From Candidatus Omnitrophota bacterium (GTDB lineage Bacteria; Omnitrophota; Gorgyraeia; Zapsychrales; Zapsychraceae): 64,000 nt of DNA. The DNA lies in contig JBFWOS010000001.1 in the NCBI GenBank assembly GCA_050250375.1, positions 830,361 to 894,360 of the forward strand. The letters are read 5' to 3'. The position numbers and the translations under genes were made by a program. Below the pieces are notes generated by a model. That model worked only from the letters and a program-made list of their open reading frames with translations, was not told where the DNA came from and did no database searches. This document shows positions 39,274 through 49,265 of the stretch, one piece after another; the stretch's first letter is position 1; each line of letters begins with the position of its first letter.

Positions 39274-40923
39274 TTATTCGTTTAAATACGGGGTGTCGAT
39301 CTTATACCGTTTCGATAACTCTTCAATTTGTTGAATAAGCCCGGTGTTGTCCTGCCCGTCTTTCAGCTGGCCGATCAAATCATAAATCTTGTTAAATGCC
39401 CAGTTCTTGGCGATTTCCTCCGAACCCTTGACCGCCTGGCTCAGAGACGCGTCAACGACAAACTCCGTCACCTTGCCCTCGACATCGCCGACCATCTGCA
39501 GAAGAAATTTATCTTCCCCTCCGTATTTTCCGTACAGGGAAAACTCGACATTCCGGAAAAAATCCGGCAGGAGTTTCGGAAAGATCTGCTCTTCGTTCAG
39601 CCCGCTGGCATGATAACGCACGTTGACCAGAAGCGGGTCTTTGATCTTGTCATATAAGTTAGATAAATAAACACCGATCTGATGGGACCGGTAAGAATAT
39701 TCGCTCCAGCCGCGGTTCTTATAAGTAATAAAATCAAGCAGATAGCGGTTCACGTTAAGCCCGCCGCTGAATCCGAAGATTGACCGCAGTCCGTTGTTCA
39801 GATCAGAAACTTCATGAATGATCCGCCGGGGTTCAGTAACCCCCTGGGTAGGAAACCCATCGCTCAAAAATATAATGTAAGATGGGGTCTTGTTGACCGG
39901 CCTGGAAATACTTTTGAACAGCGCGTTGTAGGCGTCCGTCTTGGTCCCCAACGACAGGCGGTCGACAAAAAACAAGGCCTTTCGAATATTTTCTTCCGTG
40001 GGTTCAACCGACTGCGGCATAAATTCAACAATAAATTTCTTAAAGGCAAGCACGTTAAAAGTGTCCCCCGGATTCAGATTCTTCAGACTGTATTCAAGCC
40101 CTTCTTTAAACTGGCGGAATCGTTTTTCCGTGGTGCTTTTCGAACAATCAATCAGAAAAACGATCTCCTTATTGATGGTCTTGAGTTCATGCCCGTCCTT
40201 GCCGACTTTCATGTTGATCTGGAAATATTTTTCCTTCGTTTTGGGATCTTCATATGTCAGTATTTCACTGACCAGATATTCTTTCAAATCCGTAAAATGG
40301 CTTTTCTTGGCGATCAGGGGCTGATAATTGCTGTTGATGACACCGGTATTTTCTTTCGTCGATATGTCCTTGTCCAGCGGATTCCATTTCGGGGTAAACC
40401 CGGGCATTTTTTCATGAAATTCTTCCGGCTCGATTTTCTGTTCAATCACCTGTTCCGGATCGATGATCGAATTTTGCTGGGTTAATTTGCTGATTTCAAT
40501 CATCGGGGCATTGGAGTCGGTGACCGGCTGTTTCTTCAACATGGATAAATCCCGGAATGTCCTGGCCGGGTCTTTTTTTTCTTCCTGCACCCGGGATGAA
40601 AAAAGCTTCTCGATTTTTTCATCATACGATTGAACGATCGGCTCGTGTTTGGCGGACTCAAACTGCTCGGTTGTTTTCTTGGACAGCTCCAGCTCAGACG
40701 GCTGCTGGAACTGGATCCGCTCGGTATAATCAGTTGGTTTGGCCTCGGCCGGTTTCCTGTCGGGAATATCGACATGGATTTGATTGATTTTAAAATTCTT
40801 CCGTTCTTTTATCTTTTCACGGGCCGCTCCGCTGAGCTTCATCTTGGTCGTCCCGAACAAAAATAATACGTGCACGGAAATCGAAATCAATATGGCGATT
40901 AATACTTTGTCTTTTTGTTTCAT
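39274..40923 (-). CDS. membrane-anchored von Willebrand factor A domain protein
   Basis: N-terminal TM helix, a charged linker, and a vWA domain (VFLIDCSKST...GDTFNVLAF...FLSDGFPTQG). Confidence 0.6.
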   Translation of the reverse strand: MKQKDKVLIAILISISVHVLFLFGTTKMKLSGAAREKIKERKNFKINQIHVDIPDRKPAEAKPTDYTERIQFQQPSELELSKKTTEQFESAKHEPIVQSYDEKIEKLFSSRVQEEKKDPARTFRDLSMLKKQPVTDSNAPMIEISKLTQQNSIIDPEQVIEQKIEPEEFHEKMPGFTPKWNPLDKDISTKENTGVINSNYQPLIAKKSHFTDLKEYLVSEILTYEDPKTKEKYFQINMKVGKDGHELKTINKEIVFLIDCSKSTTEKRFRQFKEGLEYSLKNLNPGDTFNVLAFKKFIVEFMPQSVEPTEENIRKALFFVDRLSLGTKTDAYNALFKSISRPVNKTPSYIIFLSDGFPTQGVTEPRRIIHEVSDLNNGLRSIFGFSGGLNVNRYLLDFITYKNRGWSEYSYRSHQIGVYLSNLYDKIKDPLLVNVRYHASGLNEEQIFPKLLPDFFRNVEFSLYGKYGGEDKFLLQMVGDVEGKVTEFVVDASLSQAVKGSEEIAKNWAFNKIYDLIGQLKDGQDNTGLIQQIEELSKRYKIDTPYLNE

Positions 40924-43271
40924 GGGTTAAGGACGGCCAGTCTTTTCTGGGCTTCTTCAAAGCGGTGGCTGCCGGTGTAAAGCTGGATGATTTCCTGGTA
41001 AACATTCCGGGCGTCATTCAGTTTATTGGTTTTCTCAAAAATGAGCCCGGCCTGGTAAAGTGACTCGGGACAATAATAGGGTTCATTGTATAATACGGCG
41101 ACCAGCATATAAAATTTCGCCGCTTCTTCCAGTTTTCCCTGACGGGCCAGGAGATTGCCCATTTCAAAACGGCCCTTGAGGGTGATCGTCCCGTCCGCGC
41201 TGAAATCGAGCAGGATCTTGTCGAGCAGTTCTTTGGCCTTCCCGTATTCCTGCTTCTCCGCCAGGCACTGGGCCTTTCCAAGCATCGCCTGCGCCACGTA
41301 TAAACTGTTATTCGGGACGGCTATGGCCGTATCATATAAAACCGCGGCCTGGTCGCATTGCCCCTGTCTCTGGTGGGCCGTGGCCTTAAAATACGCGACG
41401 GCCTGCCGGTCATCGTCCGTGTTTAATTTACCGGCGGCCTTGTCCAGAACAGACAAGACCGTGTCATAGGCCTTGGCCTCAAGGCTTTTTTCTGCCAGCC
41501 ATAAATACATGTCGATGGTCAGATCATTCTGGTCGTAACTATTGATAATCTCTTTCAACAGAAGGATCGCTCTTGGGAAATTTTTCTGATCAATATAGAT
41601 AAGCGTCAGATTCTTCCGGGCGGAATAATAAATCGACGGGTTTTCTTTGTTATGCGGGACCTTTTCATAATACTGGATTGCCTTTTCAATATTTCCATCG
41701 AGCTGAAGATTATAGGCCAGCAGGAACAGGCTTTCTTCCCGCTTCGGATTTTTTGCATCACCGTTAACAATCTGCTCAAAAATGGAAACGGCTTCTTTGT
41801 ATTGTTTCTGTTTCGAATAGAGTGAGCCGAGCAAAAAGCGGATCTTCTCAATATTGGGATCATCCGGATACGCCGATAAATAGAGCAAGGCATCTTTCAG
41901 CGCCTTGTCATTCTGTTCCATCTTGCTTTTTAAGAGGATCTGATTATAAAGGGCCTCTTTTTTCTTCACTTCATCGACGGACGAACTAAAGTACTGCTCG
42001 AACAGTTCCGCGGCCTCGGTCTCTTTTCCCAGCGCGTTTTTGGCATGCGCCAGCCCGTAAAAGGCCTCGTTTTTATATGTCGTCTCGGGATATTTCTGGA
42101 GCAATTCGTTATACAGATCATGAGCGTCCTGGAAGCGAACGAGGCTGTAACTGGATTCGGCTTTAAAAAACAGCCCTTTTTCGGCATAAGCCGGCTGGTC
42201 TTTCCATTTCTGGTCGATCAGGGTGATCACATCCTGGTACCGTTTCGACAGGAATAAAATTTCAACTTTAACGTCCGTTGCCTTGTTGACCTCATCCTGG
42301 GTCAGATCCTTGACGGCCAGGGCCTTGTCGATCTCTTTTAAGGCCTCATCATATTGACCCAGTTGTTTCAAGGAGCGGGAAAGGACATAACGCGCGTCGA
42401 ACAGCCGGCCTTCCGGGGTCAGCATGGATTCATAATGACGGTACCGTGAAACAACGGCATTGTACGCCGGGACATTGAACAAGGCCAATAACAAATTACT
42501 GACCGCATCTTCACCCAGGGCGATGTCGGATTTGATATCAACCACCTCCGCGAACAGGTCAGCGCTGACCTCATAATCTTCCGCCAGAAACGCCGTTTCG
42601 GCCTGCCGGTAAAGCGCGATGCTTTTGACCGCCGGATCCTTGGCCGCCTGAACGGCTTTCCTGAAATAATTGACCGCGGACGGATAGTCCCCGGTGCCTT
42701 TATAGATCTCGCCCAGTTTAATATACCCTTCAATCGCCGTCGGACTTTCATCATCGACACCCTCTATCTTCTGGTAATCCTTGATCGCTTCGGCGGGCTT
42801 CCCCTTGGCCGTATTGATCTGCCCCAGGAACAAATATTTCTTCTGCAGCCACTGATCCTCCAGACCTTCTTCATTGATGGCGGATATGGCCGAATATGCC
42901 TCATCATATTTTTTTAAATTCAGCAGGCATTCTCCCAGACGCAGAAGGGCCAGGTGGATTTTATCGCGGTTATTAAAAAGATTGACGTACTTCTGGTAGA
43001 CGGCCGCAGCCTCGCTGAAACGGCCCATGGAAAAATGGCTTTCGGCCAGCCCGAAATAAGCCTCGTGGACATACGTACTGTCCGGAAAACGGTCAATAAA
43101 CTGCTGATACTCCCCGCCGGCCATGTCATAAAGACCGCGTTGATATAACCCGTGGGCAAAATCAATCTTCTCAAAAAACGGGTCGACAGCCGGCTGGGCG
43201 AAGACAGGGCCCGGCCCGCAGGTCAGGAGCAAATTCAACAAAAATAGGATGGTCCGGTTTTTATTGATCAT
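40920..43271 (-). CDS. tetratricopeptide-repeat protein (783 aa), secreted
   Basis: Signal peptide followed by about 15 TPR-like repeats. Confidence 0.75.
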   Translation of the reverse strand: MINKNRTILFLLNLLLTCGPGPVFAQPAVDPFFEKIDFAHGLYQRGLYDMAGGEYQQFIDRFPDSTYVHEAYFGLAESHFSMGRFSEAAAVYQKYVNLFNNRDKIHLALLRLGECLLNLKKYDEAYSAISAINEEGLEDQWLQKKYLFLGQINTAKGKPAEAIKDYQKIEGVDDESPTAIEGYIKLGEIYKGTGDYPSAVNYFRKAVQAAKDPAVKSIALYRQAETAFLAEDYEVSADLFAEVVDIKSDIALGEDAVSNLLLALFNVPAYNAVVSRYRHYESMLTPEGRLFDARYVLSRSLKQLGQYDEALKEIDKALAVKDLTQDEVNKATDVKVEILFLSKRYQDVITLIDQKWKDQPAYAEKGLFFKAESSYSLVRFQDAHDLYNELLQKYPETTYKNEAFYGLAHAKNALGKETEAAELFEQYFSSSVDEVKKKEALYNQILLKSKMEQNDKALKDALLYLSAYPDDPNIEKIRFLLGSLYSKQKQYKEAVSIFEQIVNGDAKNPKREESLFLLAYNLQLDGNIEKAIQYYEKVPHNKENPSIYYSARKNLTLIYIDQKNFPRAILLLKEIINSYDQNDLTIDMYLWLAEKSLEAKAYDTVLSVLDKAAGKLNTDDDRQAVAYFKATAHQRQGQCDQAAVLYDTAIAVPNNSLYVAQAMLGKAQCLAEKQEYGKAKELLDKILLDFSADGTITLKGRFEMGNLLARQGKLEEAAKFYMLVAVLYNEPYYCPESLYQAGLIFEKTNKLNDARNVYQEIIQLYTGSHRFEEAQKRLAVLNP

Positions 43272-43695
43272 TCAGCGGTTTTTCGTTCTGGGTCGCAAAG
43301 GATATATTCCAGATATTGGCTTTGGCGCAGGCGTCCAGCGCGTTAATGACATATTTGTGAATCGTATTTTCGTCCGCCCGGATGATGACCGACTGGTCCG
43401 GAAAAAGGTTTGAGACCCGCATCAGCATGCTCTCCAGGCCTTCCTGGTTTAAGTTTTTCTGGTTGACGATAAACTGCCCGGCCTTGTCGATGTTAATGAT
43501 GATCTCACCGGGACTGCGCATGGCCTGGGTTGATTCCTTGGCCTGCGGGACGCTGATATTGATCTCCGTTTCCTGCTGGTTGAAAATGGACAGGGTCATA
43601 AAAAAGACCAGGGTCAAAAAGACGATATCAATCAGCGGGGCCATATGGACGACCGGCCTTATTTTCTGGTATTCGGATATTTCATATTTTGACAT
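43261..43695 (-). CDS. biopolymer transport protein ExbD/TolR
   Basis: A single N-terminal TM helix (IDIVFLTLVFFM) and ExbD-like periplasmic domain. Confidence 0.75.
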   Translation of the reverse strand: MSKYEISEYQKIRPVVHMAPLIDIVFLTLVFFMTLSIFNQQETEINISVPQAKESTQAMRSPGEIIINIDKAGQFIVNQKNLNQEGLESMLMRVSNLFPDQSVIIRADENTIHKYVINALDACAKANIWNISFATQNEKPLNDQ

Positions 43696-43697
43696 GA

Positions 43698-44465
43698 TCA
43701 GGCTCCTGACTTCTCAAAAATCTTGATGATATCGGTCCCGTACGTTTCGATCTCATGGGCGATGTTTTGGACGATGCCGCGGAAATAGGTATAAAACAGC
43801 ATCACCGGGATCGCGATCACCAGGCCGCCCGCCGTCGTGATCATGGCCTTTGAAACCCCTCCGGCCAAAAGAATTGGTTTGACCACCGCCGACTGAAACG
43901 CGATCACGTTGAAGGCCTGGATCATCCCCAGGACCGTCCCCAGCAATCCGACCAAAGGCGCCACCGCGGCAATATCCGCCAGGTAACTGATGCTCTGCCA
44001 GAGATCACCGATCTCTTTTTTCACCTGGTTTTCCATGGCCTCTTTGGCAAACAGCTTTCCCCGCTTTTTCTTGTTCAGTCCGGCATTGATAATATTGACA
44101 ATCGGATTGGATACATTTTTGCAGGTCTCGCGGATGATGCTTTCCTGTCCGCTTTCCATCTGTTCGATCAGCCGTTCCGTAAAATCCCGCGGGACCAGTT
44201 TGCTGACCTTCATATTCATGAACAAATAGACGACGATCGCCCCGGCCACAACCGACAAAGCGAACAGCACAATCATCGTAACCCCGCCGCTCTTGATCGT
44301 GTCCCACATGTTCATCCCTTCTTTGGATTTCTCCAGGGAATCAACATAAGACTGGACCTTGGCATCCGTCTGACTGTAAACCAAAACCGGTTTGTAACCG
44401 CAGATAAACAGGGCTAACAAGCCGGCCGCGGCCAATTTAATTACTGTTGATCGTGATTTCATCAA
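43698..44465 (-). CDS. MotA/TolQ/ExbB proton-channel protein
   Basis: Three TM helices and the conserved C-terminal TolQ/ExbB region (LLGTVLGMIQAF...AMITTAGGLVIAIP). Confidence 0.75.
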   Translation of the reverse strand: MMKSRSTVIKLAAAGLLALFICGYKPVLVYSQTDAKVQSYVDSLEKSKEGMNMWDTIKSGGVTMIVLFALSVVAGAIVVYLFMNMKVSKLVPRDFTERLIEQMESGQESIIRETCKNVSNPIVNIINAGLNKKKRGKLFAKEAMENQVKKEIGDLWQSISYLADIAAVAPLVGLLGTVLGMIQAFNVIAFQSAVVKPILLAGGVSKAMITTAGGLVIAIPVMLFYTYFRGIVQNIAHEIETYGTDIIKIFEKSGA

Positions 44466-44691
44466 TAGCTCCTTTAGTCATTATAAGATGGATTTTAATC
44501 CTAAGAATTACTTCGGTGGAATTAACCTGGACCTCTGGGTCTTAGCTGCCCGGACTTTTTGGTTCTCCGGAACAATTTATTGTACTATTTTAAGAAAATT
44601 TCCTATTAAAGCAAACAAATAATTTATAGGTTATACGGAATGGACGAGATTTCTTGGGCCGGACCGGTTTTCCGGAAAAAAGATCCCTGGA

Positions 44692-45735
44692 TTACGGCCT
44701 TCTTTCCCGCAGCATTTGCTCGATCTGGTACAGGACCCCGCCCGCCATAGCCGGCTTAGGCACCAGCATTTTTCTAGCGGTCACGGTGATTTTGACGGTT
44801 TTCTTCTCGGTTTTTTTGATTTCAAACTTCAGGTCATGCCCGTCAACCTTGGCCAGAATCACCCCCTCAAGGCGGTGCTGCTTTTTCAGCTTTCCTTTCA
44901 GTTCAACGTACTTGAGACAAATCTCAAAGGCCTCTTTGGCATCAATCTCCAGTTCGATGGTCGAATCATCCTTGGCCACAATAATGCCCAGCACACCAGC
45001 CGGCAGGAAACCCACCCCCATGACCGCCGCAGCCGCGTAAATACCGGCCCCTTTAATAGCGGTCGGGCCCATCGCCTGGACAATGATCGAAGTGATCAGC
45101 TGATTGACCCCGTTGACATTTTTAATCGTCTTGTTCTTCAGTCCCACATCATACACCCTGACTGCGGGCGAATCACCTTTGGTAAAATCCTTAAAAATCA
45201 CCCGGTCCACATTAAGTTTTAAAAGGTCGATCTTGAGTTCAGGCATGCCGGGGATTTCTTTCTTGGCCGGCGGTCCTGTAGGCGGTTCAGCCGGTTTTCC
45301 TTCTTTCGGCACCGGCGGTGAAACAGAACTGGCCAGCGCGTCCACATTCAGCTTTTTATCTTTGCTTTTAACGACGATCAACTCGTGCACATTGACCACC
45401 ACCAGCGGCAGATGGATCTGCCCGCGCAGCAGGGCCCACAAATTGCTTTTGACGGTTATTTCCGGAATGGTGAGAAAGGCCTCATCGGGAAAGCCGGGCG
45501 GATTAAAAAGGACGAGGTCTTTGAGGCTGATTTTCTGGGTGATCAGGCCTAAGGAAAAATGGCCTAGTTTGATTTTAGTCCCGATCGCGGAAGGGCCCAG
45601 ACGGATGATCGCGGATTTGATCACCCGGTCTTTGACGACACCGGCAGCCATAACAACGCAGACGAAGATCAGCAGATATTTTAATTGGAAGGGCGAACGG
45701 TTAACTGTCTTTTTTCTGGGTTTCGGGCCGGGCAT
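44692..45735 (-). CDS. membrane-anchored hypothetical protein (AsmA-like?)
   Basis: N-terminal TM helix, a proline-rich linker and a beta-rich C-terminus; no firm family. Confidence 0.35.
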   Translation of the reverse strand: MPGPKPRKKTVNRSPFQLKYLLIFVCVVMAAGVVKDRVIKSAIIRLGPSAIGTKIKLGHFSLGLITQKISLKDLVLFNPPGFPDEAFLTIPEITVKSNLWALLRGQIHLPLVVVNVHELIVVKSKDKKLNVDALASSVSPPVPKEGKPAEPPTGPPAKKEIPGMPELKIDLLKLNVDRVIFKDFTKGDSPAVRVYDVGLKNKTIKNVNGVNQLITSIIVQAMGPTAIKGAGIYAAAAVMGVGFLPAGVLGIIVAKDDSTIELEIDAKEAFEICLKYVELKGKLKKQHRLEGVILAKVDGHDLKFEIKKTEKKTVKITVTARKMLVPKPAMAGGVLYQIEQMLRERRP

Positions 45736-45823
45736 CGGGCTGTTATTATTCTCCGGTAAAAAAGGGACAGACCCTCAACTGCGCGAAGATCTGTCCCCTG
45801 GATTTATCCGAAATCAATAAGTA

Positions 45824-46362
45824 TTATTGATTGATTTTTTGTTTCAAACTTTCCACATCCTTGGCAGAAAAGTTCTGAACGATCTGGATCTGATCGTTAT
45901 AGACGGTGACGTCCCCGTTATCTTTGGCAACGGATGAATACAGGATGTTTCCCGCTTCGTCTTTGGCCAAAACAGCGCCGTCTGTCCGTTCAAGGACGAT
46001 CTTCGGGGTCTCCCCGTTTTCTGTCTTTGATTGGAGGGTGATCTGGTCTGTTTCGGCATTATACGAAACGATGACCTCTTCCCCTTTGTTGTTCACGAAT
46101 TTCTTTTCGCCGTTGTCGTTCAGCGCGACCGGGTTTTCCCCTGTCCAGAATTCAATCGAGTTAAAGATGATCGCGTCGGCCCAGGTCGCAATCCCGTAAA
46201 TCGGGATAAGGACACACCCCAGGAAGAACAGTTCATCGGCCCATTTATCCGTTTGTGAGCGGTGGGCGTTGTAGACTTTTTTGGTCAGATTAAAAGAGCC
46301 CGTGCAACCGATACTACTTGTCACGGTTAGAATAAGTAGAAATGTGATTGCCTTTTTCAATG
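45824..46362 (-). CDS. DUF3332-like lipoprotein
   Basis: Probable TTG start giving MKKAITFLLILTVTSSIGC (lipobox). The segment WADELFFLGCVLIPIYGIATWADAIIFNSIEFW matches a DUF3332-like core. Confidence 0.45.
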
Positions 46363-46430
46363 CTTCCTCCTTGTTGGGGTTAAAATTAATTTTTCCCATT
46401 ATACCATATTTCATAAAATCAAATAAATTT

Positions 46431-47201
46431 TTAAAGACTTCTTTGACGGCGGGCCTCATAAATCAGGATGGACGCGCTTACGGTCACGTTCAGGGACGAA
46501 GCCTGCCCGAGCATCGGAATCTTGATGGATCGGTCACAGCGTTCCTGCCAGAATGACGACACACCGTGATGTTCGTTCCCCAGAATGATCGCCGTGCTTC
46601 CGCGAAAATCCGCGTCCGTATACAAGGCTTCCGCTTTGGCGGTGGCCGCAAAGAGACGGATCTTGTTTGATTGAAGGTATTCGTAAAGATCTTCTTTGGA
46701 AGCGCCGACCGTCCTGACACAGAAAATCGTTCCGATGCTGGAACGCACGACATGCTGGTTATAGATATCCGTCTGGCCGTCACACATGATGACCGCGTCG
46801 ACACCGGCCCCGTCGCAGGTCCTGATCACCGCCCCCAGGTTGCCGGGTTTTTCGACATTTTCCAGGATCACGATCAGCGGCTGTTCCCCCAGGATAATAT
46901 CGCTCAAATGCGGCTGGACCGGTTTGCATAACGCGAGAATTCCCTTGAGCCTCGACCCGAAGGCCATTTTCGCAAAGACGTCTTTGGTCACCTCAACAAC
47001 ATTCAATCCGGAAAATTCTCCATCGGCCGGCATAAAAATCTCCGGACAGATATACAACACCTCCACCGGGACCCCGGCCCTGACAGCGCGGTTCACTTCC
47101 GGATAACCTTCCACAATGACTAATCCCGTGAGTTTGCGGTAATCGCGTGTGCGCAGGCGGTTGACTTCAATAACCGATTCGGATTGAATATCACTGATCA
47201 T
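46431..47201 (-). CDS. SpoU/TrmH-family RNA 2'-O-methyltransferase
   Basis: SPOUT motifs GNLGAVIRTCDGAG, ILGNEHHGVS and PMLGQASSLNVTVS. Confidence 0.75.
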   Translation of the reverse strand: MISDIQSESVIEVNRLRTRDYRKLTGLVIVEGYPEVNRAVRAGVPVEVLYICPEIFMPADGEFSGLNVVEVTKDVFAKMAFGSRLKGILALCKPVQPHLSDIILGEQPLIVILENVEKPGNLGAVIRTCDGAGVDAVIMCDGQTDIYNQHVVRSSIGTIFCVRTVGASKEDLYEYLQSNKIRLFAATAKAEALYTDADFRGSTAIILGNEHHGVSSFWQERCDRSIKIPMLGQASSLNVTVSASILIYEARRQRSL

Positions 47202-47836
47202 TGGTCGACGGTCTCTCCGTCTCTCATTTGTTCAAGCGCCCGCGCAAACCGGGTGGACCAGACGCGGAAAATGTCAGAGACCATTTCCGATTCTTCCGGA
47301 CTGGTCAAGGGCTGTTCATGATCCGGTGATATAAGGACATGTTCATCGGTAAAGACAGCCAGTTCTTCTTTGGTTTGCGCGTCCAGCAGCCGGCATTCAA
47401 GGGAAAGGTTTGTTTCCACGGACTTGCTTTTGGTGATCATCCAGTTGATCAGCCCCATGTCTTCCGACCGGAACCGGCCTGACAACTTGATATTCAGGAT
47501 CAGGGCCTTTTGGGAAGGGTCAATATCCTGGTTCTCGTTGACCGGAATAATCTCTTTAATGTTGAGCAGAAAATAATCATACAATTCCAGCGCCAGGTCG
47601 TTCAGCAACTTTTCATCCAGCCGGCCGGTTTCAAACGAACGTTTGTCATCATCGTAAACCTCGAACGTCATGTCCCGCAAATCAATATTCTGGACGTAGA
47701 GTTCCGTGTAAGACGTGTAATCCGCGTCCTTCTTTTTGTGTTCCACCGTAATCTTGGCCTCAGCGCAGATTCCGTTGAGGCTGATTAACAAAATTAAAAA
47801 AGAAATAAACCGATGTTTTAATGTCATCCATTTCAC
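47198..47836 (-). CDS. lipoprotein, hypothetical
   Basis: Signal peptide with Cys (LNGICA); no family recognised. Confidence 0.4.
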   Translation of the reverse strand: MKWMTLKHRFISFLILLISLNGICAEAKITVEHKKKDADYTSYTELYVQNIDLRDMTFEVYDDDKRSFETGRLDEKLLNDLALELYDYFLLNIKEIIPVNENQDIDPSQKALILNIKLSGRFRSEDMGLINWMITKSKSVETNLSLECRLLDAQTKEELAVFTDEHVLISPDHEQPLTSPEESEMVSDIFRVWSTRFARALEQMRDGETVDQ

Positions 47837-47841
47837 CTGAT

Positions 47842-48342
47842 TTAGCGGTTAACCGAATTTTGAACCGGACGGGTACGGATCATGATTTCAACGGCCGCCA
47901 AAGGCAAAAAACTCAGCCAGACAAAGAGCGGATACCAGAAATCAAAATTCATTTTATAATCCGCCCGGGTGCATGTCTCCAGAAAAATAATAAAAAGCCT
48001 CAGGGCCGGCGCGGCCAAGACCAGCGCGTAACTGCGTATCATCCAGCGCTGATGTTCGGTGATCTTTTTTGCCCTGATGCGTTGATACGCCAGTCCCGTA
48101 AACACAAACCACAGCGCCGACTGCAAGGCTGTCCCGGCCGCGGCCAGGGCCAGGTCCGTTTTAAACGAAATGATCAAACCCGTCGGCGCGCTCACACATA
48201 CACACAAAATATATGTCTTTCCCATCAGCCGGTGAAAGTTAAGGGCGTGACGCCTGATCCAGGGAATAAACTGCCACGGCCCCACGAAAAACGTGATCAC
48301 CCCGGTGATGATATGGACCATCTCAATTAACGAATAATGCAT
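47842..48342 (-). CDS. DUF2306-like membrane protein
   Basis: Four TM helices whose pattern resembles DUF2306. Confidence 0.45.
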   Translation of the reverse strand: MHYSLIEMVHIITGVITFFVGPWQFIPWIRRHALNFHRLMGKTYILCVCVSAPTGLIISFKTDLALAAAGTALQSALWFVFTGLAYQRIRAKKITEHQRWMIRSYALVLAAPALRLFIIFLETCTRADYKMNFDFWYPLFVWLSFLPLAAVEIMIRTRPVQNSVNR

Positions 48343-48351
48343 GACTTCATT

Positions 48352-48681
48352 CTATTTTCTGGGCAGGCTTGAATTGAAATTCACCGCGTATTCCACCCAT
48401 TTCTTTAACGCCGCCGGGGTCCCGGTCCCTTCTGCAGACACATAGATCATGCCTTTCATCGGCCGGCCGGTAAAGTCCATCTTGCGCGCGTGCGGTTTTT
48501 TCAAGAGCCCCTCATACTGGTCAGGCCCGACCCGCAGCATCAGATCATCCTTAACGATACCGCAGCACATATGCCCGCGCAGCATAAAACACATCCCGCC
48601 GAACATCTTATGCTCGATGTATCCCGGCTTATCCTTCATAATTTCCCGGACCCGCAATGCCAATTTTTCGTCGTAGGGCAT
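48352..48681 (-). CDS. TfoX N-terminal domain protein
   Basis: 109 aa with a KMFGGMCFMLRGHMCCGI core like TfoX_N. Confidence 0.55.
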   Translation of the reverse strand: MPYDEKLALRVREIMKDKPGYIEHKMFGGMCFMLRGHMCCGIVKDDLMLRVGPDQYEGLLKKPHARKMDFTGRPMKGMIYVSAEGTGTPAALKKWVEYAVNFNSSLPRK

Positions 48682-48776
48682 TTAGAATTTCCCTTCCGTT
48701 TGCCTTGCTATTATATGCACGGATTAATTTAATTCAAGGATCTGACAATTAAAGGAAAAATTCATAATCTAACGAC

Positions 48777-49265
48777 TCATTTATCTCTTTCCTTAATTTG
48801 TTCCGCCTTTGCCAGGACTTTCTGAGTCCAGTTCAAATCATCAGAATTGACAACAATGACATCGAAACCAAATCGGGCTCCATCGGAAATAAATGACTCC
48901 TGATCATCTACATGTAATTTAAAACCAAATTTTGAAGGATATTTGGAAGGCAATGGTATTTTCCGATTGCCAATCACCTCTCTTACATGAATGGGTTGAT
49001 TGACCACCTTCACTAAAGACACACCATAAAACTTAAAAAACCTTTTAACAGAACTTACCGAACGAAAAGAAGTTGTATAAATTGCAATTTGCCATCCCTG
49101 ATCCGTTAACCTCCGCATTAATTCAACTGTTCCCCGCCTTAATGGTTCTTTGTAAAAAAGACGCCAAATAAAGGGTACTCGAGTGGCTTCTTTGGGGACT
49201 TCACTATCTAAGCAGATCAAAGTGTCATCTAAATCAAAAGATATGATCATAGTTTTTTTATTCAA
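48777..49265 (-). CDS. HAD-superfamily hydrolase-like protein
   Basis: N-terminal DxDxT motif (ISFDLDDTL). Lower GC than the flanks. Confidence 0.45.
   Translation of the reverse strand: MNKKTMIISFDLDDTLICLDSEVPKEATRVPFIWRLFYKEPLRRGTVELMRRLTDQGWQIAIYTTSFRSVSSVKRFFKFYGVSLVKVVNQPIHVREVIGNRKIPLPSKYPSKFGFKLHVDDQESFISDGARFGFDVIVVNSDDLNWTQKVLAKAEQIKERDK

Noticed and set aside
44716-45820. Two long plus-strand ORFs (168 and 238 aa) opposite the 44692..45735 gene
   Set aside because: Their translations are Pro/Ser/Gly/Arg-rich low-complexity with no start context. The minus-strand product has a TM anchor and a coherent domain structure.
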